Source of the DNA: the human T2T-CHM13v2.0 reference genome, Homo sapiens
Direction: 5' to 3' (one strand)
Assembly (NCBI RefSeq): GCF_009914755.1
Contig: NC_060942.1
Length of the DNA stretch: 64,000 nucleotides
Of the stretch, positions 50,771-64,000 are shown piece after piece (the first letter of the stretch is position 1; every line of letters begins with the position of its first letter). The translations under genes and the position numbers were made by a program. The notes beneath the pieces are model-generated. The model worked only from the letters and a program-made list of their open reading frames with translations, searched no databases and was not told where the DNA came from.

Positions 50771-53700
50771 ATGATGTCTAAAAGAAAACCAACCAGGGTC
50801 CAGCCTGCTGCTGGGAAGATGAGAGAACGGTGGAGGTCAGAGCCAGGTTAACCCAACATGGGGCTGCAGGTGGGGCCAAGGCAGGCGGGAAGAGGACGAT
50901 GGAATTAAGGCGACAAAGAGTGCTCATAAAGTGCAAGAGGCTGTCTTCCAGTTTCAGTCTCAAGACTGTTTTGTTGGTCACTTACTTTAACAAGATCATA
51001 AAGCTGTGGGATCCACGTTGTCCTGTGAGGTTCTTGGTCTTTTCTGCTCTGCTGAGGTTGGAAACTTGAGGTAGCCCCAGTGTCTTCTCACCATGCATGT
51101 CTGAGGAGCAGCCACGCGTGAACATTTGGTGCTATAAGGAGGTGCTGCTGGGCCTTATGGCATCATAAGAGGAAAATGAACATTAAGAAACAGTGTTGTA
51201 ATTACTAAAGACATCACTTTGTCTTTGGGACACTCAAGCTAGGGCAGGATGAAAGCCCATCTGCTACCTCTGCTGGGTCTTTTGTTTAAAGTCTGGGTGA
51301 GGTGACGCTGGTGGATGGTGTCTGCAGTATCTTTAGATCTTTTTTGAGTGCACAAAATTCCCAAACAGTCTAGATCGGTCCCATTCAGATCAATCTCCAT
51401 TTCTTGTTAATTTATAAACTGTGTAACTGGCACCAGGTTCTCCTGACAGTGGCCTTTTCTTGTAAACACTCTAACACTCAGCTCAAACACACAGGTGGTC
51501 CCGTGACCATCAGCGATAGTCCTTGTCCCTGGCATGTCAGAAGCCAACGTGGCATCTTTCAGCAGTTAAAACACAAATATTCAGATTTTGTACTTTTTTG
51601 CCCAGTGAGGTGATAGTGAAAATTTCTATTATAAAAGGTTTGGGAAACAGAGTAAGCCTGAAAATACTTGTTACATACAATACAATTATCTTGGTTAGAC
51701 GGATTTCTATAATGAACGTGGTCGAGTTTCTCCCACGTGGTGGGAAACGCTGATGTACTGAAGGGCAATTAGCTGAGGCCTTGTTGAATCTTGTGGCTAC
51801 AGAAAGTCGAATTGCCTCTGGTGACTATCTCTTTAAGAAGGGAGAAAACAAAACAGAAAGAGAAAAAAATCACTTTATGAGGGTCAATGTTGAAACCTAA
51901 CTCTTTGTCAGGTGAATTTGCTAAACCCTTAAGTAAAATAATCCGGGGGTGGGCGGGGAGAAGGGCTGTTTATCTGGGACTATAATTGAGCAGATCCATT
52001 GAATCAGGCTTTAATAATTAGCCAAAGAAGACAGGCCTGTGATGAGATGTCCCAGACATATAGATTAATTACATTGAGCGCATAAATTCTCGTAGGAATC
52101 GTTTCTGTTTCCAGACATGGGACGTTACTCTTTATGATTTTTATGATGCAGAACTCCTGGGGATGTAACACACATTCCGAGCACGGTGCCTGCATCAGGA
52201 AGCAGCCCTCGACGGACTGTTCACCCTCCAGGAGGGCTGTACCTGTACCTGCGAGCAGACCCGGCTACCCTCCCCACTTCATAAAACAGCTCGCAGTTCT
52301 CCTTTCTTTTCAAACAGGGCTGCAGGAAGATGGGAAGTGTCCGCAGAACAGGAAGGAGAGAGGCAGATGGATGCCCAAGTCCATAAAGAATGGAATGGCC
52401 TCCCTTCAATAATGATGTATCTATAAAAATAATAAAGAAGATACAGGGCCACAGTTTTATGGCATTTATGTCACGTGCTGCTGAACACTCACTCCCTAGA
52501 AGTGGGTCTCACTGCTTGGAAGCCTGAGCCTGTCCCGCCAGGTGCAGCCCTGTCCCGGCTGTGTTCTGTGCGTAGACAACCTGCACTGTCGTGACCTGTG
52601 CCCCTGGGTCTCTGCCATCCATATTCTGCTCATATCTGTATTGAATTCCTCAGGCTTGTTGAATTTCCTGACATTTGCAACAACGCTGCTAAATTAACTT
52701 TTCTAACATAAGTAGCTGCAAATATGTTCATTAGGAACTTTTCGGGGCTCCTGTTCAGTGGAAGTGACAAAATGTTCTTGGGTGGAGCTTGTGTTGAAAG
52801 CAAGAACAAAGTGCCGTTTGTTGTCCTTGGTGGGATTATTCACCTCCAGGTTAACTCTACACCGAGACCGTATTCCATCGTGCCTCTCTTCCCTTCAACG
52901 TGTCGGGGGAACGAATGTGAAGTTTCTCTACACATGAGCATCAACGATTGGCTTAATGTTTGTGCAGAGAGAGCTGTGTGCTGACTCTACAACTGCCCAC
53001 CGAGCAGTGGCCCTGGAGGTCTCCAGGCCAGGGACGACCTGATCCCATTCCGCATTTCTCCCACGGCCAATGTCTTCTCGGTTGCCAATGAAAGAATCTC
53101 CCGGTACTGGCCTAGCTGAGGCTGGCAGCTCAGTAAGATCAAACTTCTGGCTTTAATTCCTTTTACATCCACATTCTTATAGGGTTGGTGGCCACATTTA
53201 GAATTTCACCCAATTCTTAAAAAATGCCTCCAAACACCTACTTAAATAGTTGAACATGATAATATTGATAACATTGGCTAGTCATTTTCTTCCTTTTTGT
53301 GTGTATAATTTTCTGCAGCCGGCCCAGCCACGTCTTTTGTGAGTGCTAAGGCAGCCATCTCCTGGGAGACAACAACCTCATCCCTCCGGTTCTCCCGGCT
53401 TGGAGCCTTGCCCATCGCTCGCTGTGCCTCTTTTAAGATCTGAACTGACTTGGCCATGGAAAAACGCAGCTCTTTGACAACAAAACAATCCCCCATAACA
53501 CCGCTGATTTAGTAAGCAAAGGTTTACAAATAAAAAATGGAAATGCGTCCCCTCAAGGGAGCCGGGTGTGAAGGGTGCTCAGGCTCTGAGCCGGAATGTG
53601 GAGTGGCGTCTCCCAGTGCCACCGCCGCGCCAGGCTGCAGGCCCACCACGGTGAGGCTTTCCAACCATGTGAACTGGGAGGATGGACGGCGGAGGGAACA

Positions 53701-55604
53701 CACGACCAGAACCTTTGAGACCGGAGCACTGGATCCGTTGATGTGTCCTGATATACATATTCATAACCTGGCGGTTCTAGGAGCCTGGGTAGGCAGGAGG
53801 GACTGATGAGGAAAAAGTTGATTTATGATGATCTCAAAAACATGGTCTCCAAAGATGTATTCTGCAGCTCTGAGACCTTAGGTTTAAGCTCTATTAATTT
53901 TCCAGAGCTGTCTGGGACTACCCATCTGTTTAAAGGTTAACTGTCTTCACACTTATGAAATGGGTATTTCTGTTTTGGTTCTTACTTTGTTCATGTTAAT
54001 GATTTATAAAATACAAAATGCATAGCTAGTGAAATAGCTTTAAATCCTTAGTAGGAAACATCCACCTGACCGAATTTTTGAGAGACATAAAGTATGATTC
54101 AAGGTCTTTGCAGTGATAACTTGGAAATTCTGCTATTTTACACATCTCATTATGAATAAAGCGAAAGAAAAGTATCAACCTTGCAAAATCACGCATTTTA
54201 GAAAGGAAAATACATGTGGGCGAATATCGTATATTGTATGTGTGTGGCCATTTCAAGTTTCTTCTTGAATTCTCTTTTCATATTTTCTCTACATAGAATA
54301 TTATCCAAATATATGCTTCTCAGTTTCTGAACATCATTATGTTCTGACATGAAATTCTGTTACATTTCTGGGATTTCATTTGCTCATAAAAGAACCCATT
54401 TTTTTTTTCTTGGTAGTTTTGAAAGTATGAGAACTTGCTTTGTAAATTTGGTTTTGAAGATTACATGTTGAAAATTCTGTGACCTCAGACAATTTATTAG
54501 TCCCTCATTTAGCTTTCGATACGTTAATAGGATCAACTCATGGTGATAATTATGCGTATTTCTTTAGCTACAAAGCATTCCACCGATGTGGAGTGACAGC
54601 CACCCCACCTGAGGACCTGATGCCTCCAGATGCTCAAGGCCAGCCCTGCGATGATGTGAAGAGCCAGGGTGCACTCGGGGTGGACACGGGTCTGCCGGGC
54701 TCTGTCCACCTTCTCCTCCCTGTCTCCCTGTTGAGTTGCTAAGCTTTTGCCAGACAGTTGGCCACGGATTAGCGTTACCATGGTTACCTGAGAGTAGCCC
54801 CACGGGGTAGACTAAACTCTAGCACTGTGCTTGATTCCAAACTTTTTTGATTGCATAATCCTATCAGTGAAAGATTTCTGAGCACTTCTCTCTATGCATG
54901 TTTACTCTTTGCTAAAGTAGGTATACATGCTAATAATTTAAATGCGTTGTGAGACATACATGACAGAGAAATTAAATGATCATATGTGAGTGATAAAATA
55001 TTTTAAGCTATTATTTTATTTACTAATTGTACAAAAATATTTTTGCTTTCAGTTCATAGAGGTTTGCATTCATGTTCTGGATGCTTAGTTGCAAAATGTC
55101 TTGTTAGTTCTAATGACTTCCTACTATCATTAACTAATATCTTCATGTGTAAGATGAGCTCAAGGTGGGGTCTCTCATTAACAATGGAGGATGGGTTAGA
55201 TTTGCTTTGTTTTTGTTTATTGATTTGGCCGAACAGAGGGGGACCATGGCTGCTTTTCTTGTTGCTAGTCTGGGCATTATTAGTACCATCTTCAAGTCCC
55301 AGACTCTTTGTACAAATCTTTTCGTAAGCCGCCTGCTCATTCTGTGAGGGTAAAACTAAGCCACACCATCTGTAAGTCCACTTAGCTAGTCACAGGTAAA
55401 TGTGGCCACTTGCCAGCTTGCCCTCTGCTCTGAGCATGTCTGCATCCCCAGGGGTTATGTCACTGGGGTGTGTGCCTTCCACTCGGTCGTTACTGTTTCA
55501 GCCAGGAACACAGCACATTCGAGGATAATTTAACATTGGCAGCCTGTTTTCACTGATTGCAGAGCACAATTACTACATCACAAGTCCAGGTTGAAAAACA
55601 CTGA

Positions 55605-55790
55605 CCATTTACTAGCCCCGTAACCTTGAGCAGGTCATGTAAACTGTGATTACTTCAGTGTCCTCATCTGTAAAATGGGTATAATAATAATATTCACCTC
55701 TTCAGGTTTATGAGGATTAAATGAGTCAAAGCATGGAAAATAATGTCTGGTGTATGGTGTGTGCTATGAAGTGCTAGCTATTATTACCAT
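55605..55790 (+). mobile_element. MIR SINE
   Basis: catttactagc...cttcagtgtcctcatctgtaaaatgggtataataataat...tgaggattaaatgag. Confidence 0.88.
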
Positions 55791-57649
55791 CATTATGATG
55801 ATCTAATTACCAATCAATATTTCATATTAAACTTGACTCTAAATGATTGTGCCAAAATAAAACAGATTAGAATATAAGCCAAGGGTATTTAATCTAAAAT
55901 GTCAGGACTTGGTTATAATTCATGTGTGTGCTTTGGGCACAAAACATCCATAGTTTCAAACTAAATACACAAATGGAAGACTTAGTGCTTCCACCCTCTC
56001 CCTCCCACTCTTCCCTTCGCCTTTACCCATGCCCCTCCAGAATCCTGCCTAATGAATGCTTCAATTCAGCACAATGAAAAAAGGTCTTCCTTGCTTGCCC
56101 ATGCTAAATATTATATTCAAGATATAGTTGTATTCCTAGAGCACCTCCTTGATATCCTAACCTCTGATTTTTTTATTCTTAAAACTCAGTAACAAGATGC
56201 TCTTAAAAAAAAAAAGAGCTCTGTTTTTGAATAAAGTAAAAGGCAGGGTAATTTTTGATTAACAGTGCTGACAACACAAAATGCTATTCTGCCTTACCTT
56301 GCTAGTCTAACTGTGGCTTAGCGAGAGCATAGCTGTAGGTATAGTAATTAATAACACACCATCTGAAGACTTCAGACTTCTTTAGACAAGGGAGGCTGAT
56401 GATTACTTTTGTGTCTATCTCCGTCTTTCTCCCTCGCTCTGTTCTTTAAAAGTTGCCTTCTGCAAATGTTCTCCAGCTGTTGAGAAATTGTTTTTCATCT
56501 GGAGCAGCAATTGTTTTTAAGAGATTGATTCAAATGCATAAGGAGTCCCAGGGACTAGTATTTGCATTTGCAACAATAATTATTAGATGCTAAAACTGTG
56601 GCTACATAAGGCAAGAATTTCTAATTATTCTTTATTATTTAGGCCCTAACTTCTCCAGCTCTCTTGCATCCGCTCAAGCTGCTAAGCACAGACCAGGAGA
56701 CACAGGCGTGGTGTGTCTGGCCCAGTGGCCACTGTGCGGGTGTCCCCAGAATGCCCCTGAGTTGACCCCAAATTTGTTTTGGTTCATTCAAGATCCCAAG
56801 GACAGACACCACCTCAAAGCGCTGCTGAATGGTGACATGACCTCCGCTGTCCTTTTGCCCTTTGCAAGACATTCGGGAGAGCTGGGCTGGGGGAGGGCTG
56901 TCCTGTGCTGCTTCCCAGAATGGGCTAAGAGCAGCCACTTGGCTGAAATGGTCACAGCAGTTGTCCAGGGGGCTCAGTTTCAATGGCTGTGTCTGGTGGC
57001 CTTTCTGGTGACACCAGGGCATAGGCAAGAGGACTGTGTGAATTTCTCCAGGGCAAAACTGTCATTCAGAAGGGACAACGTTGGAATATTGGTTGTTTTA
57101 GTGATATAGTATGACCCTGGCTATTGATGAGAACTATGTAAAAATAAAATATAAATTGATATAATTTTATTATAGCTATATAAATATTCACATAAACACA
57201 AACAAAATAAATATTACATATGAACATAAAATAAACACAATTTTAAAGAGGTTATGCATCATGGGCTTTTAAAATAATAACAGCAGAGCAACATAAACAG
57301 TCTCCTCTCTTTTTTTATGTATCTTCTTTGAGATCCACCCTTTGAAGTTTCACTTGAGCAGAAGGCTGATTCGTGCATACATTCTAAAGCAAAGATTTCC
57401 TCTGAGACTTACAGGTAGAGTTGCTTGTGTTCACATGATCTGAGACAGAGGAGAAAACAAGGTCCCATCCAGTTTTATTCCACGTTGCCACACATAAACA
57501 ACCCTCAGAGAGAGCAGAATCAATCATGCCAATCATGAAGACCTAAAAGCAAGTCTAGGGCAAGGTGTCCCTGGGAGACACTGACATCCGGTTCTTAAGG
57601 AAGCAGGAGAGGCGCTGCAGAGCAGAGAGCAGAGGCTGAGGGGCGCTAG

Positions 57650-58013
<364 letters not shown>

Positions 58014-60324
58014 TGAATGGAAGGAGCCAGCATCCGAGGTGGGCACTGAGTGAAGGAGAGTCCGATGAGGCCCTGAGGCTGGGAAGGCTGCGGGGAGACC
58101 AAGTCCTGGCCCCGGCCACCTCTGGTCCTCCCCAGGCTTCCTGCCTTCCCATCCTTGGTGCTCAGGAATCTGCAGGCCTGAGTGCTCTGTCCATGCTAAG
58201 ATGGAAATCCTATTCAGTTGTCTGGAATTTAGTTGGGGGTCGTATTTCTTTTAAACAAGGTTGGGATGAGGGAGGCACAGGCTGTGAGGAAGGATCTAAA
58301 CTCTCAATACCTGAACTCAGGGAGGTTTTGCCTTCATTCCCAGTTCACTCCAACCTCTACCTTTGGGTCTGAAGATACATTTCAGTTATCCTCTGCAAGA
58401 GCATAACATTACAGCCCAACCAACGAGTTTGCCACAGTTCATTTCCTTGCCCAGGGCATGCAGCCGTGACATGGAGGAGTAGTAACCACCAGGGGAGATG
58501 ACTTAGGATGCATGTAGGGGGCTACAGTCACCTCGCCCCCCAGCACAGGCGGGGCTGCAGCTTCCTTATGTCAATAAAAATGGCACTAGGAAACGCAATA
58601 CCAAAGGCCAAAATGCAAAGCATCAGGTGATTGTTAAAAGTGAACAGTGCAATGTCTACTTATATTCAACACCAAAAGCCATTTTTGCTCATGCACGACA
58701 GGATCTTTTCTTCTGTTTGTGTTCCCCTCCCAGACTCTTCCTCACTAGCACATCTCTGTCTTCCACTGTCAAGCATTTTAAAATTATTGTCAAGAAGGTT
58801 TTGTAACAGTGTAAATGTCTCTAATTGTGAACCTGTTGGAGAAAAGACAAAAAATAGTGCAAGTCAAGGGTTGCCAAATAGAAAGCAGTCTTTCCCAGAT
58901 TACCTGGTTGAGTACAGCATTAATTTAGGCTCTAACCCCGAGTTTCAATCATAAGGCAAATAATTGTTACCTGGAAGACTTATTCCTAGGAAAGAAAAGG
59001 TTTCTTCTTTAATTTGGTTTAGGGTCAAATATCTCTGCTCCTCCCCTAGGAAAAGAAAAAATAAACTGATTACTATTTATACAGCAAAGTGGATATTAAC
59101 AAGGGACAAAAATATTGCCTAAATAAGAGAATCAGAACTAGGTCTGATCGTTCCAGCCTACTGGGAAAATCACAATTGTTGTAGCTTCTAAAACATGTGT
59201 ATATGAGAAAGGCATTGGTAGGGATTACTAGAAAGACTGCTTATGATTTTCAGAGGGCAGCTCTTAGCCAAGTAATCATTACAAAAGATTTATAATTCAG
59301 TCTTCATTTATGCAGTATCTGCCACATTGCAATTTTGCTACTGTGATTAGTCATTACAATGCCCAGCAAAGGGGATACTGGGAAACTGAGATGGAGACGG
59401 GTCGGGAAGCTTCTTCAGAGCCATATAACAAATAACAAATAAGGACTTGATTTTCATTCCTAATCTCCCCACCTGGCCCCTAGGATGGCACCACCGGCTG
59501 GCATGTCATGGAAGCCTTGAGAAGAGGCATCTGCTTCATTCCAGCATTCAGAAATTCTCATGCAACCCAAAATATATTTTCATTTGCTTTTAAAATAAGA
59601 GAACTCTAAAAAAAAGATAAATAAAACAAAATGGTCCCAGTTCCCTTTTAAATTCCTTTGCAAGTAGGAGAGGTGCTAAGATTTTCAAACTCATTTTAAC
59701 CCAATTCTGAGAAACACAAAGGAATTTTTTTTTTAACCTGAGAATTATTTAGTGGGAAATCTGTATATAATTGTTCTCATTTTTAAAAAAATATGGGGTG
59801 AAATTACGGTGAGTTTTATTTTCTCCTCTTTTGTCCTGTTTGTGTTTTTATTAATTTTTTGCAATAAACATCTATGGGTTTGTAATAAAGAAAACAAGCG
59901 TTTTTTAATCAAGCCGAAAAAGTGCTGCAGTATGTTAGATAGGATGGGTGAAAACTCAACCTGCTGCAGTGATTTCTTTTTATAGGACCTCCTATGACCC
60001 CTCATGACCCCAGCAAATGTATCTGTTGAAGAGACTCCAGGCAGGGGGCTGTAGGATCCATTTCCAGCCTTCTTGGAAGGATGAGACCCAGGCCACAAGA
60101 GCCACGTGTGCGTTGACTCATCTACGTCTGAGAGTCCCGGGACAATGCCTGGGGCTCCTCGTCTGGAAAAGGAAAGTCTTAATGGTGGGATAATGAGTCC
60201 TCTGTGCGATGCTGACCTGTCCAACTCAGAGAGGGGCTTTGGGTTCTTCACAGCAAGACAGAGATGGCCACAGAGAGGCTCAAGCTCAGGAGGGACCACT
60301 CTCAGCCATTTATAAAAATGTTTA

Positions 60325-60658
<334 letters not shown>

Positions 60659-60718
<60 letters not shown>

Positions 60719-60750
60719 GTACATATGTATATATATACACACACACACAC
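60659..60750. repeat. Compound (AT)n(CA)n microsatellite
   Basis: Seen directly after the Alu tail. Confidence 0.95.
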
Positions 60751-60833
60751 ATATGTACAAGAGTAGAGAGAACAGTACAGTGAATCCTAGCTACCTGCCA
60801 CCCAGCTCCAGTGATGATCAGCCTCTCCCCCCC

Positions 60834-61223
60834 AGTCGTGGTCTGTTTGCACTGCTGTGAAGAAATCCCTGAGGCTGGGTAATTTATAAAGAAAGCAGGT
60901 TTATTTGGCTCACGATTCTGCAGGCTGTACAAGAAGCATGGCATAGCTTCCATGTCTAGTGGGACCTCAGGCTGTTTCTCCTCATGGCAGAAGGCGAAGG
61001 GGACCAGGCATCACATGGTAAAAGAAGAATGAAGAGAGGGAGGGAGGGAGGTGCCAGGCTCCTAAAATAGAGCAAGAATTTACTCATTCCCTGGAAAACA
61101 GCACTAAGCCACTCGTGAGGGACGCACCCCCGTGACCCCAACATCCCCCTTTAGGCCCCACTTCCAACGTTGAAGGTCAAAGTTCCACGAGATTTGGAGG
61201 AGACAAATGTCCAAATTATGCCA
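60834..61223 (-). mobile_element. MSTB-like MaLR solo LTR
   Basis: gaggctgggtaatttataaagaaa...ggctcacgattctgcaggctgtacaagaagcatgg...gagatttggaggagacaaatgtccaaa. Confidence 0.88.
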
Positions 61224-62176
61224 CTCCCCCAAAGGGCTATTAAAAACAAGTCACAGATATTGTACTATTATATTCATAAGTATTTCAGGTGTTTTTTTAA
61301 AATCAAGGGCCTTTAAAAAAAACCCAAAACATGAGCACAATGCCAGTATCACACCTCAAGCTTAACAGTGGCTTCTTAAAATCATTGAATATCCAGCTAA
61401 TATTCTCTTAGGTTGTTTTAGGTATATCTCAATTTTTTTTTTCCAAATCCAGGTCTAAACAAGGTCCGTACATTGTATTTTGTTGATACGTCTATGTCTC
61501 TTAAGGGTCCTAATCTACAGATTTACCTCCCTCTGCTTTCCTGACATTTGTATCTTGAAAAAATGAACCATTTGTCCTATAGAATTTCCCACATCCTTGA
61601 CTTTGCCTGATTGCTTCTCTTGTGTTGTTTCATAAGTTCTTTTATCCCTTGTATTTTCTGTAAACTATTAGTTACGTCTAGATTACCTTCAATTATTTTT
61701 CAAGAATAATTCATAGCCCATTGATACTGGTCCAAAGAAAGTCTGGACTTGTGAAAACTCTGAAACTCTTTTAAGATGCTTCTATGCCGATTATTTCAAA
61801 TAACAATACTTTCATGCATGTTGATTTGCTCCAAAAATGTGGGCATTATTCTTTCGGCGAACTAATCTTTCATCAGGCAGTAGGTTCCTTCCTGAAGATT
61901 TTTCCTGTTCTTTCTGAATGGTGTGTTAAACCCAGACAGAGTCTGATGTAGTTCTCAATAAATAAATAAAGAACTTTACGGGAGCTTCTCACAGGCACTT
62001 TTCAGAATTTCAGAGGCAGTGGCAGTTTCCTACCTAGCAGTGGGAGGGGCAAGGTATCCATTTCTTTTCTCCTTAGCAAGTAAGGAGACACTTGGTGTCC
62101 CTCCCAATGGAAGGATATAACTATTGAAACAGGCAGGGACGACTTGGACTGTGTAGACACAATTTGGGTAAAAAAT

Positions 62177-62500
62177 TTTTTTTTTTTTGAGACAGAGTCT
62201 CACTCTGTTGCCCAGGCTGGGGTGCAGAGGCGTGATCTTGGCTCACCGCAACCTCTGCCTCACAGATTCAAGCAATTCTCCTACCTCAGCTTCCCAAGTA
62301 GCTGGGATTACAGGTGTCCACCACCACATCCAGCTAATTGTTGTGTTTTTTGTTTTTTTTGTTTTTTTTTTTTGTATTTTTAGTAGAGATGGGGTTTTGC
62401 CATGTTGGCTAGCCTGGTCTCGAACTCCTGACCTCAGGAGATCCACCCACCTCAGCCTCCCAAAGTGCTGGGATTGCAGGCGTGAGCCACCACGCCTTGC
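62177..62500 (-). mobile_element. AluS with an expanded linker
   Basis: Antisense dimer; T-rich linker ttgtgttttttgtttttttgttttttttttttg. Confidence 0.95.
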
Positions 62501-64000
62501 TGATTTGTGTAAATTTTTTCTAATGATGAGTTAGTTGACCTGTGGTTGTTACAGTGCCTTCTACACATGGCATTTCTCTTTTTACCAAAACCGTCCATTT
62601 GTTGGCTCCCAAAGGAAGGAGACAGGCAAATCTGCCCAACTGTCTCAGTCCCCCACCAACCCATACCCCTGGTTTGCCACTGGACTGACCACAGGCATGC
62701 TGATGGGATGGCATTAATGGATATGTAAACAACTGTTTGAATACAAATTTGAGGTAGGCATGCCCTAGCTACATGGCCCTCCTAGAGTTATTTGTCTCCA
62801 ATCATGGACTGCCTTGGAGAAGCTCTTCTAAAGACCATAGAATGCTTAATTGCAAATAGTTTTCATCAAAATGAATTTGAGCTGTTCCTATAGGCACACT
62901 CCTGAGTTGGACCAGAGGTTGATAAGGCCCCCGACCCCAGCTCCAAATTGTTACCCTTTCTAAGCTTCTGAGAGAAGCGAAGGAGACTAGAGTATAGACT
63001 TGTTGGTACCAAGACAACAGGCAATTTGAAGTGAGGCTTTTCAGAGGAGGGGGCTCCCTGCTCCCAGGCATTGATCACACGGCGGTGCCCCCCAGCAGGA
63101 GCAGCAGTGAGCCTCCGGCGTGTTGGGCTGTGAATAGGTTGTCCTACACTGTCCCTCGATTTTATTCCCAGTTGCTTTTATGTGTCTGTGCTGACTGTCA
63201 AGGACTTGGGTGCCCCACGTCCATGTGTGGGAATCCTTCAACGAATCTTCCCTCTTACTGGGCCTGTTTTGCCTGGAAGCAGGTGGTAGAATTCAAAAGG
63301 CAAGTGTCCAGAGACTTTTTGTTGCTGTGATTAATTTCCCCGCCTCACTCGGGCTGGCAGGGCCTGCATCTTGACACAGTCGTGGCAGAGTGACCATTCG
63401 CTCACCATCCTCTGTTGATCAGATCGGTTCAGAAGTGGGGGCAGGAGATGAATATTTTCTCCTCCTGGATGCCTCTCTCTTCTGGGCTAGGATGATTCGT
63501 TTCTCCTCCACAGACAAATGCTGCCTCATTTAAAACTACTTTAATTAATCTTTTTGGAGAAGGAGGTGTTTTGAAAATGTGACAGGCACTCATGAGAGAG
63601 ATAATGGATGGATGGTGGGCACGTGAGGGGCCCCAGCATGCTCCTCGTGGCGAGGTGGGGTGTGTGCTACATAATTTGGGTAGGATCAAGCCCTCCAGGA
63701 CAAAAAATGAAAGAGGCATTTAATTGGAACACTTAGCAATCACAAAACCAAGACAGAGGTTAAATTGTTTTGAGCAAGAGAAATTAATACATTAAAGGTT
63801 ACATTTCCAACTGTGAGGCAGTGAGCTGGGCTCTTCCGCAGTGTCAGAATTACATAAGGCAGGAGAAATGGCTCTGAAATGATTGTGGAATCATTAACAA
63901 AAGGCAAGGCAGAGTAAGACACTTCCCAGCAGGAGGGTGCGGAGAAGAATAAAGACATGGAGGGAGCTCATTAAGAATGAATTGCAGACCATAAACATTT

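Noticed and set aside
54820-55602. Possible hAT DNA transposon relic ending ttgaaaaacactg
   Set aside because: Only one convincing terminal motif; family and boundaries could not be supported by eye.

Overview
Human (primate, Alu-containing) genomic DNA matching the 3' end of TSHZ1 (teashirt zinc finger homeobox 1; human 18q22.3 from prior knowledge) plus about 60 kb of downstream non-coding sequence. Bases 3-2024 are the 5'-truncated, intronless C-terminal CDS: a C2H2 finger, the CtBP motif PIDLT, an atypical homeodomain and two more C2H2 fingers. A ~1.3 kb 3'UTR with four AATAAA signals follows. The remainder has no credible second protein-coding gene. It holds 12 Alus, several L1 pieces (including a ~5 kb ancient L1MC/MD), L2, MIR, MaLR LTRs (THE1, MST, MLT1), a hAT-Charlie element, microsatellites, a 66-bp VNTR and several homeodomain-motif-rich or CpG-retaining candidate enhancers. 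I found no evidence of a novel multi-gene system. The best leads are a splice donor 7 nt after the TSHZ1 stop, a hairpin-rich CpG-retaining element at ~30.7-31.0 kb, a PBX-HOX motif cluster, the VNTR, a local non-tandem duplication of an MLT1 interior, an AT-rich palindrome at an Alu junction and an orphan AATAAA+poly(A). Repeat subfamily names come from recalled consensus sequences, and boundaries of old repeats are approximate.
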